From Kofleriaceae bacterium (GTDB lineage Bacteria > Myxococcota_A > Polyangia > Haliangiales > Haliangiaceae), in NCBI GenBank assembly GCA_965215005.1, contig CBDCCZ010000006.1, positions 64,001-128,000 on the forward strand: a stretch of DNA of 64,000 bases, read 5' to 3'. Of this stretch, positions 23,847 through 34,778 are shown piece after piece. The translations under genes were made by a program, and so were the position numbers. Under the pieces are notes generated by a model that saw only the letters and a list, made by a program, of their open reading frames with translations, was not told the DNA's origin and made no database searches. Positions within the stretch are counted from its first letter, which is position 1. The number at the start of each line of letters is the position of its first letter.

Positions 23847-25352
23847 ATGGGATGGGAAGACACACGCGCGGCCCGGCGCGCTCCGCTAGTCCTGCGCATC
23901 AAGCTCGGCTATGACGATGTCGACAGCTTCATCGACAAGTTTGCCGGCAACATCGGCCACAGTGGCATGTTCATTCGCAGCCGCGCGCCCAAGGCGGTGG
24001 ATACCGACGTCAAGTTCGAGCTGCGGCTCGCCAACGACCTCCCGATCCTATCCGGCTACGGCGTGGTGCGCTGGACAGTCCCGTTCGACGCAACCGCACC
24101 GCGTGCATTGCACGGCATGGGGATCGAGTTCACCCGGCTGAGCAAAGACAGTCGCGCGTTGGTCGAGAGCGTGGTGGCACGGCGCGCGATGAGCGGCAGC
24201 GAGAGCGATGCGGTGGTACCGGCAACTGGCCCGCTGCGGCCGCCTCCCGGAGCGGCAATGGGCGATGACTCGGCCACTCGCATCGCTCGTGCGCCGAGTC
24301 CCGATGATGCGCCGACGCGGGTGATGCGCCCTGCCCGCGCCGAGCAAGCAAGGGGCGGCGAAGCGGCGGCCGAAGACGATGACACCGCGCCGCTCGAGCG
24401 TCTCACCGCGGCTGAAATTCTGGCCGACGAGGCAGACGGCGCGAGCAGCCATACCGACGCTGCTGCCGAGCGCGGCGGCGCCGCCGACGCTGCCCCAGCG
24501 CCCAATGCCCGCCGGCCCGCCGGCGATGCTCGCACCGGTGTTGCCGCGCACGCTGACTCTGACCTCGCAGCGCTGGCGCGCCGCTTCGAGGGCGACGCCG
24601 CGCGGCTGCAGCAAATCCTCGTGCGCGCGCGCGAGCTGGCCCGCGCGACCAGTCAAGATGAGCTAGCTGCGCTGCTCGCCCCGACGCCGCCCTTCCACAC
24701 CACGCTCGAAGATGCTCAGCGCGGGCTCGCTGCGCTACTTGGAGAAGCACCGCTAGAGGCACCACGAGTGGCTGTAGAGCAACCCACGCCGCACAAGCGC
24801 ACCGGCCAGCGCGCACCTACTCATCGCGCCTCTCCACGCGCCGCGCGCGGAGTCAACCAAGCCGCGCCAGTCACAGCGACGGCGAGCGCAGCCTCACCTC
24901 CTGCCAGCGAGCCCGGCACCACCGCATTCGACGTCGAGGTCGGCGATTTCGTCCCTCAGCCGGCGGAAAGCGATGACGATGACCAAGAAGTGATCGCCTC
25001 GAGCCCTCCGCCCGAGCGCCCTTCCGTAGTCGCCGCCGAGCTCGGCGTAACCGACAGCGGCTCCTACGACATCACCGATCTGATGGAGGAGCTCGACGAC
25101 GACGAGACCACGCGGATCGATCCCTTCGGAGCGCGCCTCATCGATGACATCTCCAGCGATCTCAGTGCCGACGCTCTCGACCCGGAGGCTTTGTCGGCGT
25201 CCGACATCGATGAGCTGCCGAGCGACGGCCCGATGGATCTAGCAAGCTTTGCCGATCCGCCCGAAGATGACCTCGATCGCACCCTCGCCGTCATCGACGA
25301 AGACACCGACGAGCGCAGCGAATCCAATCACCGCCGGCTGTCGAAGCACTGA
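23847..25352 (+). CDS. PilZ-domain protein (myxobacterial TIGR02266-like) with long acidic disordered C-terminus
   Basis: TRAARRAP (RxxxR), NIGHSGMFIRS, GVVRW…GMGIEF. Confidence 0.8.
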   Translation: MGWEDTRAARRAPLVLRIKLGYDDVDSFIDKFAGNIGHSGMFIRSRAPKAVDTDVKFELRLANDLPILSGYGVVRWTVPFDATAPRALHGMGIEFTRLSKDSRALVESVVARRAMSGSESDAVVPATGPLRPPPGAAMGDDSATRIARAPSPDDAPTRVMRPARAEQARGGEAAAEDDDTAPLERLTAAEILADEADGASSHTDAAAERGGAADAAPAPNARRPAGDARTGVAAHADSDLAALARRFEGDAARLQQILVRARELARATSQDELAALLAPTPPFHTTLEDAQRGLAALLGEAPLEAPRVAVEQPTPHKRTGQRAPTHRASPRAARGVNQAAPVTATASAASPPASEPGTTAFDVEVGDFVPQPAESDDDDQEVIASSPPPERPSVVAAELGVTDSGSYDITDLMEELDDDETTRIDPFGARLIDDISSDLSADALDPEALSASDIDELPSDGPMDLASFADPPEDDLDRTLAVIDEDTDERSESNHRRLSKH

Positions 25353-25434
25353 GGCCGGTCCTACGCTCGCGGCGCTCAACCACGTCTTGCTGCGGCGCCA
25401 GCGACGCCGGAGGTGCTGACGCGGCTCGGCAACG

Positions 25435-26805
25435 TCAGCGGCCGCAGTCGATCTTGCCTGCCTCGCAAACCGCCTCGATCACTCGCCGTGGGTCACCGTT
25501 CTCGCGCCGCCAAATGTCGGCGAGGCGGTCGGCGTGAGTGCGACCAGATTCGACGATCTCATGAAGGGGCTCGAGGTAGCCAAGCTCGCTGGGCATCTGC
25601 CGCTGGAGGCTCGCACGGGCGATTTGCATCAGCTCCTTGGCGAGCTCGCCGACCGTGTGGCCGGTGCTGCCGACCCGCGCCGCGAAGCCCTGCATGGGAA
25701 TGGCATCCGCGAGCTCGATGCGCTCCTCGAAGCGCAACCCCGCCGTCAACTTTGCAGCTGCGTCGCAGGCGTCGCGATCATATAGGAGCGCGCGCGACAG
25801 CGGCGCGAGCGCGAGAATCATCCCGAACGTGCCACCGTCGCAGCCACGAATCTCCAGATATCGCTTGAGCCGCGCTTCCGGGAACAGCGTCGACAAATGC
25901 AGCGCCCAATCATCGAGCGTCGCGTGATGACCGCGCCAACCCGAAGTAAGAAACTGGCGAAAGGTCATGCGCTCGGCCGGTTGATATCCGCCGCGATACA
26001 CGAAGTACATCGGCACGTCGAGCGCCCACTGAACGTAGTCTCCAAACACGTCGCCGTCCTCGAAGACGAACGGCAATAGTCCCGAACGCTCGCGGTCGGT
26101 GTCGCGCCAGATGTACGCGCGGTAGCTCTGATAGTCGGTGAGCGCGCCGTCGACGATCGGCGAGCTGGCGTAGATCGCCGTGAGGAGCGAGGTCACGCTC
26201 ATCACCCCTCGCATCTTGGCCATGGCGTCGTCTGCGTCGCCAAAGTCGATGTTGACCTGGACCGTGGCGGTTCGTTTCATCATCTCGTGGCCACGCGTAC
26301 CGACCAGCGGCATGTACTCGCGCATCACGTCGTAGCGCCACTTAGGCATCCACGAGACGTCCTCGATGCGCCCAAACGGCCGAAAGCCCATGCCCAGCCA
26401 CGCCACCTCCAGGCGCCTTGAAGGCTCATCGAGCTCGCCTAAGTAGGCGCACAAGTCAGCCTTCATCTCATCGGCATGCGCCACCGGCCGCGCGGCCAAC
26501 TCGAGCTGGCCACCAGGCTCGATCGTCACCTGCGCCTGGCCCTCCGACAGCGCGATGATGTGCTCCCCTTCTTGCACAGGCGCCCAACCGCGTTCGGCCA
26601 GTGCCGCCAACACCGCACCCACCCCGGCAGGACCCTCATAAGGCAACGGCTCGCCAACTTGGCCTTCGGCCACTCGGACGCCGTGCAGCTCGTGCTCGGT
26701 GCCGAATCGCCAGTCTTCCTTCGGCTTGCAAGCCGACTGGAAGTACTCGCGAAGCTCGTCAACGGAGGCGATAGGCTCGCCGGGCGTTTCTTGGACCAAA
26801 TACAC
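25435..26805 (-). CDS. gshA: Glutamate--cysteine ligase (plant/alphaproteobacterial type)
   Basis: WRFGTEHE, TIEPGGQLEL, WMPKWRY, MMKRTATVQVNID, HLSTLFPEARLKRYLEIRGCD; start inferred (ORF track over-extends). Confidence 0.92.
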   Translation of the reverse strand: MYLVQETPGEPIASVDELREYFQSACKPKEDWRFGTEHELHGVRVAEGQVGEPLPYEGPAGVGAVLAALAERGWAPVQEGEHIIALSEGQAQVTIEPGGQLELAARPVAHADEMKADLCAYLGELDEPSRRLEVAWLGMGFRPFGRIEDVSWMPKWRYDVMREYMPLVGTRGHEMMKRTATVQVNIDFGDADDAMAKMRGVMSVTSLLTAIYASSPIVDGALTDYQSYRAYIWRDTDRERSGLLPFVFEDGDVFGDYVQWALDVPMYFVYRGGYQPAERMTFRQFLTSGWRGHHATLDDWALHLSTLFPEARLKRYLEIRGCDGGTFGMILALAPLSRALLYDRDACDAAAKLTAGLRFEERIELADAIPMQGFAARVGSTGHTVGELAKELMQIARASLQRQMPSELGYLEPLHEIVESGRTHADRLADIWRRENGDPRRVIEAVCEAGKIDCGR

Positions 26806-26884
26806 GAGAGACCTGCCTGATGGAAAGAGCTGTTCATCGTAGGAGGCGGCAACGCCTCGCGTCAAACCATGGTAGCGTTCGGCC

Positions 26885-27313
26885 GTGGCTTCCGCCGCAA
26901 CAGTGATACCGCCACAAACCCGCATCGAGGGCCGAGTGGAAACCTCGGGTGACCTCGACGTGCGCGGCCGCTGCGACGGTGAGCTGCAGGTAGATGGCAC
27001 CGTCACCATTGCCGAAGGTGCTATCTGCCACGCGGTGATTCGCGCCCGGCGCGCGCTGGTTCGCGGCGAGGTGCTCGGCGCCGTCATGGCTACCGAATTC
27101 GTGCAAATTGCCGCCGGCGGCCGCGTCGTTGGCGACGTTCGCGCGCCGGAAGTGGCGGTCGATGCCGAGGCCGAGGTAACGGGCTCGGTTGATCTGCTGG
27201 CGCCCGCGCCGCAGTCGCTGCCACTCGAGCGCCTCGAGCTGCGAGTGCGCGGTGCTGGTGCCAAGCGCCCCCGCTTGCCGCGCCCGCAGCGGCCCTCTAT
27301 CGCGCCATCGTAG
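26885..27313 (+). CDS. Bactofilin (polymer-forming cytoskeletal protein)
   Basis: TVIPPQTRIEGRV…DLDVRGRCDGEL…GRVVGDVRAPEVAVDAEAEVTGSV beta-helix. Confidence 0.88.
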   Translation: MASAATVIPPQTRIEGRVETSGDLDVRGRCDGELQVDGTVTIAEGAICHAVIRARRALVRGEVLGAVMATEFVQIAAGGRVVGDVRAPEVAVDAEAEVTGSVDLLAPAPQSLPLERLELRVRGAGAKRPRLPRPQRPSIAPS

Positions 27314-27350
27314 CGTTAGCATTGCTCTCGATAGACGCTTTAGGACGCCC

Positions 27351-27938
27351 ATGAGTGACATCCGTGCCCATTTCGAACGGTCTGGTCTGGCCGTTCAGCA
27401 CCACCGCCTCCTCGAGCTCCTCACCCAGCTGGCGTACGAGCGCCGCGAGGTCACCCTCAGCTCAGGAAAACGCTCAGACTTCTATGTCGATTGTCGGCAA
27501 GTGAGCCTGCACGCCGAAGGGCACTTTCTGATCGGGCAGCTCCTGCGCGCCGCCATCGAGCATCATGCGCCTACCGCGCGCGCCGTGGGCGGAATGACGT
27601 TAGGTGCCGACCCGCTGGTGAGCGCCACCTCGATGACGTCGTTTCTCGCCGGCAAGCCGCTTCATGGCTTTCTCATCCGCAAAGAGGCGAAAGGGCATGG
27701 CACTGGGCAATTCTTGGAAGGCACCAAGAACCTGCGCCCCGGAATGCCAGCGGTCATCGTCGAAGATACGATCACCACCGGCGGCTCGCTGCTGCGGGCC
27801 ATCGAGCGCGCTCGACAGTTTGGCCTCGACATCGTCGGCGCCTTTGCCCTCGTCGATCGCGGCGAAGGCGGCCGCCAAGCCATCACCGCAGAAACCGCTC
27901 TCACGAGTTTGTACGAACGCGAGGACTTTCCAGCATGA
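27351..27938 (+). CDS. pyrE: Orotate phosphoribosyltransferase
   Basis: LSSGKRSDFYVDCR, GGMTLGADP, IRKEAKGHG, VEDTITTGGS. Confidence 0.95.
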   Translation: MSDIRAHFERSGLAVQHHRLLELLTQLAYERREVTLSSGKRSDFYVDCRQVSLHAEGHFLIGQLLRAAIEHHAPTARAVGGMTLGADPLVSATSMTSFLAGKPLHGFLIRKEAKGHGTGQFLEGTKNLRPGMPAVIVEDTITTGGSLLRAIERARQFGLDIVGAFALVDRGEGGRQAITAETALTSLYEREDFPA

Positions 27939-28573
27939 AGAACGCCCGCGGTGAGATTTTGCAGCTCTTGCGATGCGCCGCGCTGATCGTGTTGACCGCT
28001 TGCGGCGGCGCACGAGCGTCGTCGGATATTCGGCTCTCGGAAGAGTGGCCAGCGGAACCGGCAGAGTATGAGCAAGCGTATGAGCACTGGACGCGTAGCG
28101 GCACCGTGCGCCAAGGCTACGACCAAGTCCTGTCGGTGCACGGTACCTTCAAGTCGCCCGCGTGGCGCGCTGCGTATGTTCGCGAGCGGGCGGAAACCCT
28201 CATGCTGCCGCCCAATGAGCGCGCTCAGCTGCTAGCGACGCAACGGCAGGAAGCCAGCGAGTATCACGAGCTCGAGCTGTTGGTTTCCACCTACCATCGG
28301 GAAGAGAACGACCTCGTCAAAGGCGAGCGCTCGGTTTGGCGCCTCGCCCTCGTCGATGACGAAGGCAACGAGGTAGCGCCAGTCGCCATCCTCAAAGACC
28401 GCCGCCCCGAGAACGTCATCCGCGCCGAATACCCCGACATGAGCGACTTCGACACCGCGTACGTGATCCGCTTTCCGCGCACCATCGATATCCTCGGCAA
28501 TGGCGCGCGGCGCTTCTCGCTAAAGATGGCCTCCCCGCGGGGTGGCACCGAGCTCATCTGGCAAGCCGAGTAG
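27935..28573 (+). CDS. Hypothetical lipoprotein
   Basis: LIVLTAC lipobox; ATGA overlap with pyrE. Confidence 0.7.
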   Translation: MKNARGEILQLLRCAALIVLTACGGARASSDIRLSEEWPAEPAEYEQAYEHWTRSGTVRQGYDQVLSVHGTFKSPAWRAAYVRERAETLMLPPNERAQLLATQRQEASEYHELELLVSTYHREENDLVKGERSVWRLALVDDEGNEVAPVAILKDRRPENVIRAEYPDMSDFDTAYVIRFPRTIDILGNGARRFSLKMASPRGGTELIWQAE

Positions 28574-28604
28574 CGCTCGCGACGCCGCGCGGGGCGTCAG
28601 CTCA

Positions 28605-30740
28605 TCACTTCTTTTTCTTCTTCTTCTTTTTGCGCGCAGCAGTCTTTGCGCGCCCCGCCGGCTCCGACTCAGCCTGCGCCACAGGAGCCGTTTCGCTTGG
28701 CGGCGCCGCATCGGTTGGCGAGGCGGCATCGGTTTCCGCGACGCCTTGGCGACGCGCGGTCAGAGGCGCCGGAGCCGCATCCAGATCGGCCCGGCTCCAG
28801 CGATTCTCCGCAGGTCGAAACCAGGAAAGCAGTCGCTGCCACAGCGACGGCGGCTCGGGAAGCTCGAGCGCCTCGAAGCTCTCGCCGGCTTCGGCCCTTT
28901 GGTGCAGCTCGGAGCCGGCGCTGAAAAACGCCTCCTCGTCGGCGCTGAACTGCGCGACCGCTGCGGCGGCGCGAGAGGCTCCGCGATGAACCAACGCCGC
29001 CTCGGCCTCATGCGACGCGTCTCGACTATCGGCATCGCTTGGCGCGGCGACCGGCGCGCGGACTGCGGCGTCTGCATCTGCCGCCGCCACCGCAGCACGG
29101 CCAACGCGCGCCGCATCCGCCGCCTCGACCAGAACCGACGGATCGCCCTCGGCAGACGGCTCAGCCGTCACCTCTGCGACGAGGATTTCTCCAGACTTCT
29201 CGTCGGCTGCAGCGCCGGGTCGAGCACCCACCCGCTCGGTCTTGCTGCTCTCGTTTGGCGCGGCAACGTCTTCGTCTGCGGAATGATGTGCGAGCTTTGC
29301 CTCTGCCTTCACGGGATTCATCTCTCGGTGGGATGCTGTCGGAACCGAGACCGCGGGCGCCGCCGCAGCAGTCGCATCGGTCTCACTACTGGGTTTCGCC
29401 AGCGCTTGCCTCACCACGGTCGCCGGCTCGGGCGTGGTCTCGGCGGCGCGGGGCTGCGCGAAATCGGAAGCCGCTTCGGCAGCTCCTAGCGCGCCCTCGC
29501 GGGTGCTCGGCGCTTCGAGCACCTCGGCAACGGAAGCAGATGATCGCTTTGCGTTCGCCAACGCGTGCGACGTTTCTTGCGCGCCAACGACGATCTCTCC
29601 CACCGCTTCGGTGGCAGGGACGACTTGCGAAAGTCCCCCGTCACTTGGCGGCGGCATCGCGCTCGGCAGCAGCACCGTCCAATCGGTGCTCTTGGCCAGC
29701 TCTTCGCCACTTGCCGCATCGGCGAGCTGGGCGTCGGAGCCAAAATCTTGGCTTCCGAGCAGCCACTCCTCGACCTTGAGAGAGCTGCGAGTTGGCTGCC
29801 GCGGTGATCTGCCACCGACGGGGGTGATCACACCGATCCGTCGCAGTTGTTCGGCGACTCGCAAGGTTTCGAAAACTCGAAACGGAGCGTCCTCGATGAC
29901 ATCAGCGACGGTTCTATAGCCATCGAAGAGGCGCAAAACGCCGACGATGTCGCGCGGCATCGTCCGTCCAACCCGGCCCAACATCGCCACGTCGTGCTCG
30001 AAGATCGACGATGGCGATAGACGCGGGGCGACCGCCCGAATCTCGCCAAGAAACCGCGCGGCGTCTGCGAGCAGCTCCTTGCGGTCCAGGGGAATTTGGC
30101 GCCTGCGCACCACCGACTCGGTGCGCATTTCGAATTTGGCTTCGGTCCATAGCAGCAGCTGATGCAAGGCGGCTTGCGCATGCAGCACCCCGACCTGCGC
30201 CGAGGTCACCTCGCCTTCATAGAACCGCAGCTCGCCGCGTCGCAGCCCGCGCACCATCGTGAGCACGCCAGTGGCCTGCACCGCGGACAGCGCGCGCATC
30301 ACGTAATACACGCCGAGGTGATCGCCGAGGTTGCCGGTGGCGACGCGACGATGCGTGCCGGGCTTGGGGCTCACGAGGAGCTTCCCAACGGTCACCACGT
30401 CGCGCAAAAACGCCGGCTGCGACACCACCTCGGCAGCGCCAGCATCAAGCGCTTCTTGCCGCGTAACGCCGTTGCCGAGGTAGAGAATGGGGATCTCGCC
30501 ACCACGATCGGCGATCGCGCTGCGCAAGCTGGCCAGCATCGACTGCGCGCTCTCACGTGAGCCGGCGCCAGCAACGATCAGCTGAGTGGGCTCGTCGTGA
30601 TCGACATCGATCAGCGCACTGACCTGCGATGGCTCCGCCAAAGCCACCACCGCCGAGCCTTCGCGCTCGAACCCGAAGCGCACCGCGGCCTGCACGCGGG
30701 GATCGGACTGCACCAAAATGAGTCGCGAAATTACCGACAT
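28605..30740 (-). CDS. Atypical receiver + DUF4388 protein with long disordered tail and poly-Lys C-terminus
   Basis: Degenerate receiver; TGVLTM…GELRFYEGEVTSAQ…LLLWTEAKFE (DUF4388); ends RKKKKKKKK. Confidence 0.75.
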   Translation of the reverse strand: MSVISRLILVQSDPRVQAAVRFGFEREGSAVVALAEPSQVSALIDVDHDEPTQLIVAGAGSRESAQSMLASLRSAIADRGGEIPILYLGNGVTRQEALDAGAAEVVSQPAFLRDVVTVGKLLVSPKPGTHRRVATGNLGDHLGVYYVMRALSAVQATGVLTMVRGLRRGELRFYEGEVTSAQVGVLHAQAALHQLLLWTEAKFEMRTESVVRRRQIPLDRKELLADAARFLGEIRAVAPRLSPSSIFEHDVAMLGRVGRTMPRDIVGVLRLFDGYRTVADVIEDAPFRVFETLRVAEQLRRIGVITPVGGRSPRQPTRSSLKVEEWLLGSQDFGSDAQLADAASGEELAKSTDWTVLLPSAMPPPSDGGLSQVVPATEAVGEIVVGAQETSHALANAKRSSASVAEVLEAPSTREGALGAAEAASDFAQPRAAETTPEPATVVRQALAKPSSETDATAAAAPAVSVPTASHREMNPVKAEAKLAHHSADEDVAAPNESSKTERVGARPGAAADEKSGEILVAEVTAEPSAEGDPSVLVEAADAARVGRAAVAAADADAAVRAPVAAPSDADSRDASHEAEAALVHRGASRAAAAVAQFSADEEAFFSAGSELHQRAEAGESFEALELPEPPSLWQRLLSWFRPAENRWSRADLDAAPAPLTARRQGVAETDAASPTDAAPPSETAPVAQAESEPAGRAKTAARKKKKKKKK

Positions 30741-30861
30741 GGCTCAAGAAAAGCGGCTCTGAGTATACCCCTGCCGACCCTGCCGTGCCGATAGCCAATC
30801 CGTTATACTTGCCGGCGTCCGTGTACTACAACACCGCACCAACCACGGTTCCAAGCGCTTC

Positions 30862-32814
<1,953 letters not shown>

Positions 32815-32825
32815 CTGCCAGCCGC

Positions 32826-33308
32826 TTACTGGCCGCTCGTGCCGATCGCCAGTCGCGTCAAGCCAACCCGTTTGGCCTGCTCCATGACGCCCACGACGCG
32901 GCCATGCTGAACACCCTTGTCGGCCTTGAGCACCACCTGCGTGGCTTTATCGCGGACGAACGCGCTCTGAAAGATCTGCTGCAAGTCCGCCGGGTCGATC
33001 GGCTTGTTGTTGACCACCAGCTCACCCGACTGAAGGATCGTGACCACCAGCGACGGCTTCGAAGGATCGATTTCCTGCGCTTCGCCGCTCGGTAGATTCA
33101 CCTTGAGGCCCGCGCGCTCTTTCTGCGCCGCCTCTTCCTGAACTTCGCGCCGCTGATCCTTGGCGTGCTCGATCGAAGCCGACGAGGCGACCATGAAGAT
33201 GATCAGCACCACCAAGATCACATCGGTGAGCGGGGTGATGTTGATCTCGGCGAAGATGGCTTCTTCGGCGCCCTCGAGGTCGGCTTCAGGCAGCTGTCCG
33301 ATCGCCAT
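32826..33308 (-). CDS. exbD: ExbD/TolR family protein
   Basis: EINITPLTDVILVVLIIFMV, VVLKADKGVQHGRVVGVM. Confidence 0.9.
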   Translation of the reverse strand: MAIGQLPEADLEGAEEAIFAEINITPLTDVILVVLIIFMVASSASIEHAKDQRREVQEEAAQKERAGLKVNLPSGEAQEIDPSKPSLVVTILQSGELVVNNKPIDPADLQQIFQSAFVRDKATQVVLKADKGVQHGRVVGVMEQAKRVGLTRLAIGTSGQ

Positions 33309-33978
33309 GCGAGCCCTCCGCGGTGCTTGCGGTGGTGAGCGCGCCGCGCGTCGACCCCGGCCCCGACTCCTCGAGAAGCTCGAGAAACTCGTCGGTGAGC
33401 ATCTTGAGCTCGAGCGCAATACGCGCGAGCCGCTGATTGAAGAAGTTGTAGATGATCACCGCCTCCACGGCGACGAAGATACCCGCCGCCGTCGCCCATA
33501 GCGCCTCCGAGATACCTGGAGCAACGACCTCGAGACCGCCGCCGCCAACCTCGGCGATGTCTGCGAAGGCGAACATGATGCCGATGACGGTGCCGAAGAG
33601 GCCGACGAACGGCGCCGTGGCACCGATGGTGCCTAGGATCCAGAGCCGCTTCTTGAGATCCGCGGCAACCCGCACCCGCTCGCGATGCACCGCGCTGCCA
33701 AGCTTCTCCGGCTTGGTGCGCCCCAGCCGCTCATAGCCAACCAAAAACACGTCGGCGAGCGGCGATGCTGAGCGCTCACACGCCGAACGCCCCTCGTCGA
33801 GCGCGCCTCGGGTGAGACAACGAGTGACGGTATCGGCGAGGGCCTGCGCGCGCGCAGTGAACTTCCACTGCACGATGAGGCGCTCGAGGGCGACGGCCAC
33901 CGCCAAGACGGACATGGCCAGAATCGCCCACATGGCGAGACCGGCGCCGTTGAGGATTTCCCAGATTGTTAAGTTCAT
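33286..33978 (-). CDS. exbB: MotA/TolQ/ExbB proton channel protein
   Basis: LGTIGATAPFVGLFGTVIGIM, VAPGISEALWATAAG. Confidence 0.9.
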   Translation of the reverse strand: MNLTIWEILNGAGLAMWAILAMSVLAVAVALERLIVQWKFTARAQALADTVTRCLTRGALDEGRSACERSASPLADVFLVGYERLGRTKPEKLGSAVHRERVRVAADLKKRLWILGTIGATAPFVGLFGTVIGIMFAFADIAEVGGGGLEVVAPGISEALWATAAGIFVAVEAVIIYNFFNQRLARIALELKMLTDEFLELLEESGPGSTRGALTTASTAEGSHGDRTAA

Positions 33979-34186
33979 GGAAGGACTTCTGCAGGGGCGA
34001 GCGAAAACGTGACGCTCATTGTGGACTGAGTGGCCGCTGCGAGCCACTCGCCTGAGTTTGCATCCGCTGCTCGGAGCCTACGGTCACGTCTGCCGCGGTC
34101 CGATTGCCACATTGCCTAGGGTGAGTGTACCGCTACTGTGGGCGAGCGTTCTCCCTCTTACTGAACGATTTCATCTAGATTCCAAA

Positions 34187-34202
34187 CGGTATCGAGTTTG
34201 CT
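34187..34202 (+). promoter_or_regulatory. Sigma54 (-24/-12) promoter
   Basis: CGGTATCGAGTTTGCT: GG-N10-GC with TTGCT, 18 nt before the ATG at 34220. Confidence 0.6.
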
Positions 34203-34219
34203 AAATTCCCCGCACAACG

Positions 34220-34684
34220 ATGCGCTGTCTCATCATCGACGACGACGAATCACCGCGGCTGCTGATGGAGCGGTTGATAGAGCTGGCCGGTCACAAGGCC
34301 ACGGCGGTCGCCAGCTGCCGGGAGGCGGTGAAAGTGATGGTTCAAGATGGCTTCGACGTCGCCATCGTCGATATGGAGATGCCGGGACAAAACGGCACCG
34401 ACACCATCGACGCGCTGCGCGGTATCGATCCCCAGCTGCGGGTGCTCGTGGTGTCGGGGCATGGCGATCGGCGACACGTGATGGCGGCGCTGCAAGCAGG
34501 AGCCGACGGCTACATCCTGAAAGATGACCTCAGCGATTCGTTGGCGGCCTCGCTCATCGATGTACGCGCGGGAAACACGCCACTGAGCCCCCGCGTCGCG
34601 ACAATCATGCTCAATCAGCTGCGGCAGGCGCTCGGTTCGCACGTGGTGGCCACGCGCCCGGTGGCGCGGATCAAGCGCAACTGA
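34220..34684 (+). CDS. Response regulator (NarL-like receiver without obvious HTH)
   Basis: LIIDDD, IVDMEMP, VVSG, GADGYILK, then the LSPRVA linker but no LuxR HTH. Confidence 0.85.
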   Translation: MRCLIIDDDESPRLLMERLIELAGHKATAVASCREAVKVMVQDGFDVAIVDMEMPGQNGTDTIDALRGIDPQLRVLVVSGHGDRRHVMAALQAGADGYILKDDLSDSLAASLIDVRAGNTPLSPRVATIMLNQLRQALGSHVVATRPVARIKRN

Positions 34685-34778
34685 GCCCGAGCGCCCCGCG
34701 AAGCAGCAAAGGTCTACATGAGGCTCGCGGGGCAGCGCCGTGGGGCGCGGCTCCGCGAGCGGGGGAGATGCGGCAGGG

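Noticed and set aside
26806..27264. N-terminal extension of gshA in the ORF track (609 aa)
   Set aside because: It overlaps the bactofilin gene on the opposite strand; GshA similarity begins near 26800.
32826..33978. ExbB/ExbD pair as the Agl gliding motor
   Set aside because: Only one ExbD-type gene and no glt genes adjacent; cannot be distinguished from a generic Tol/Exb pair by eye.
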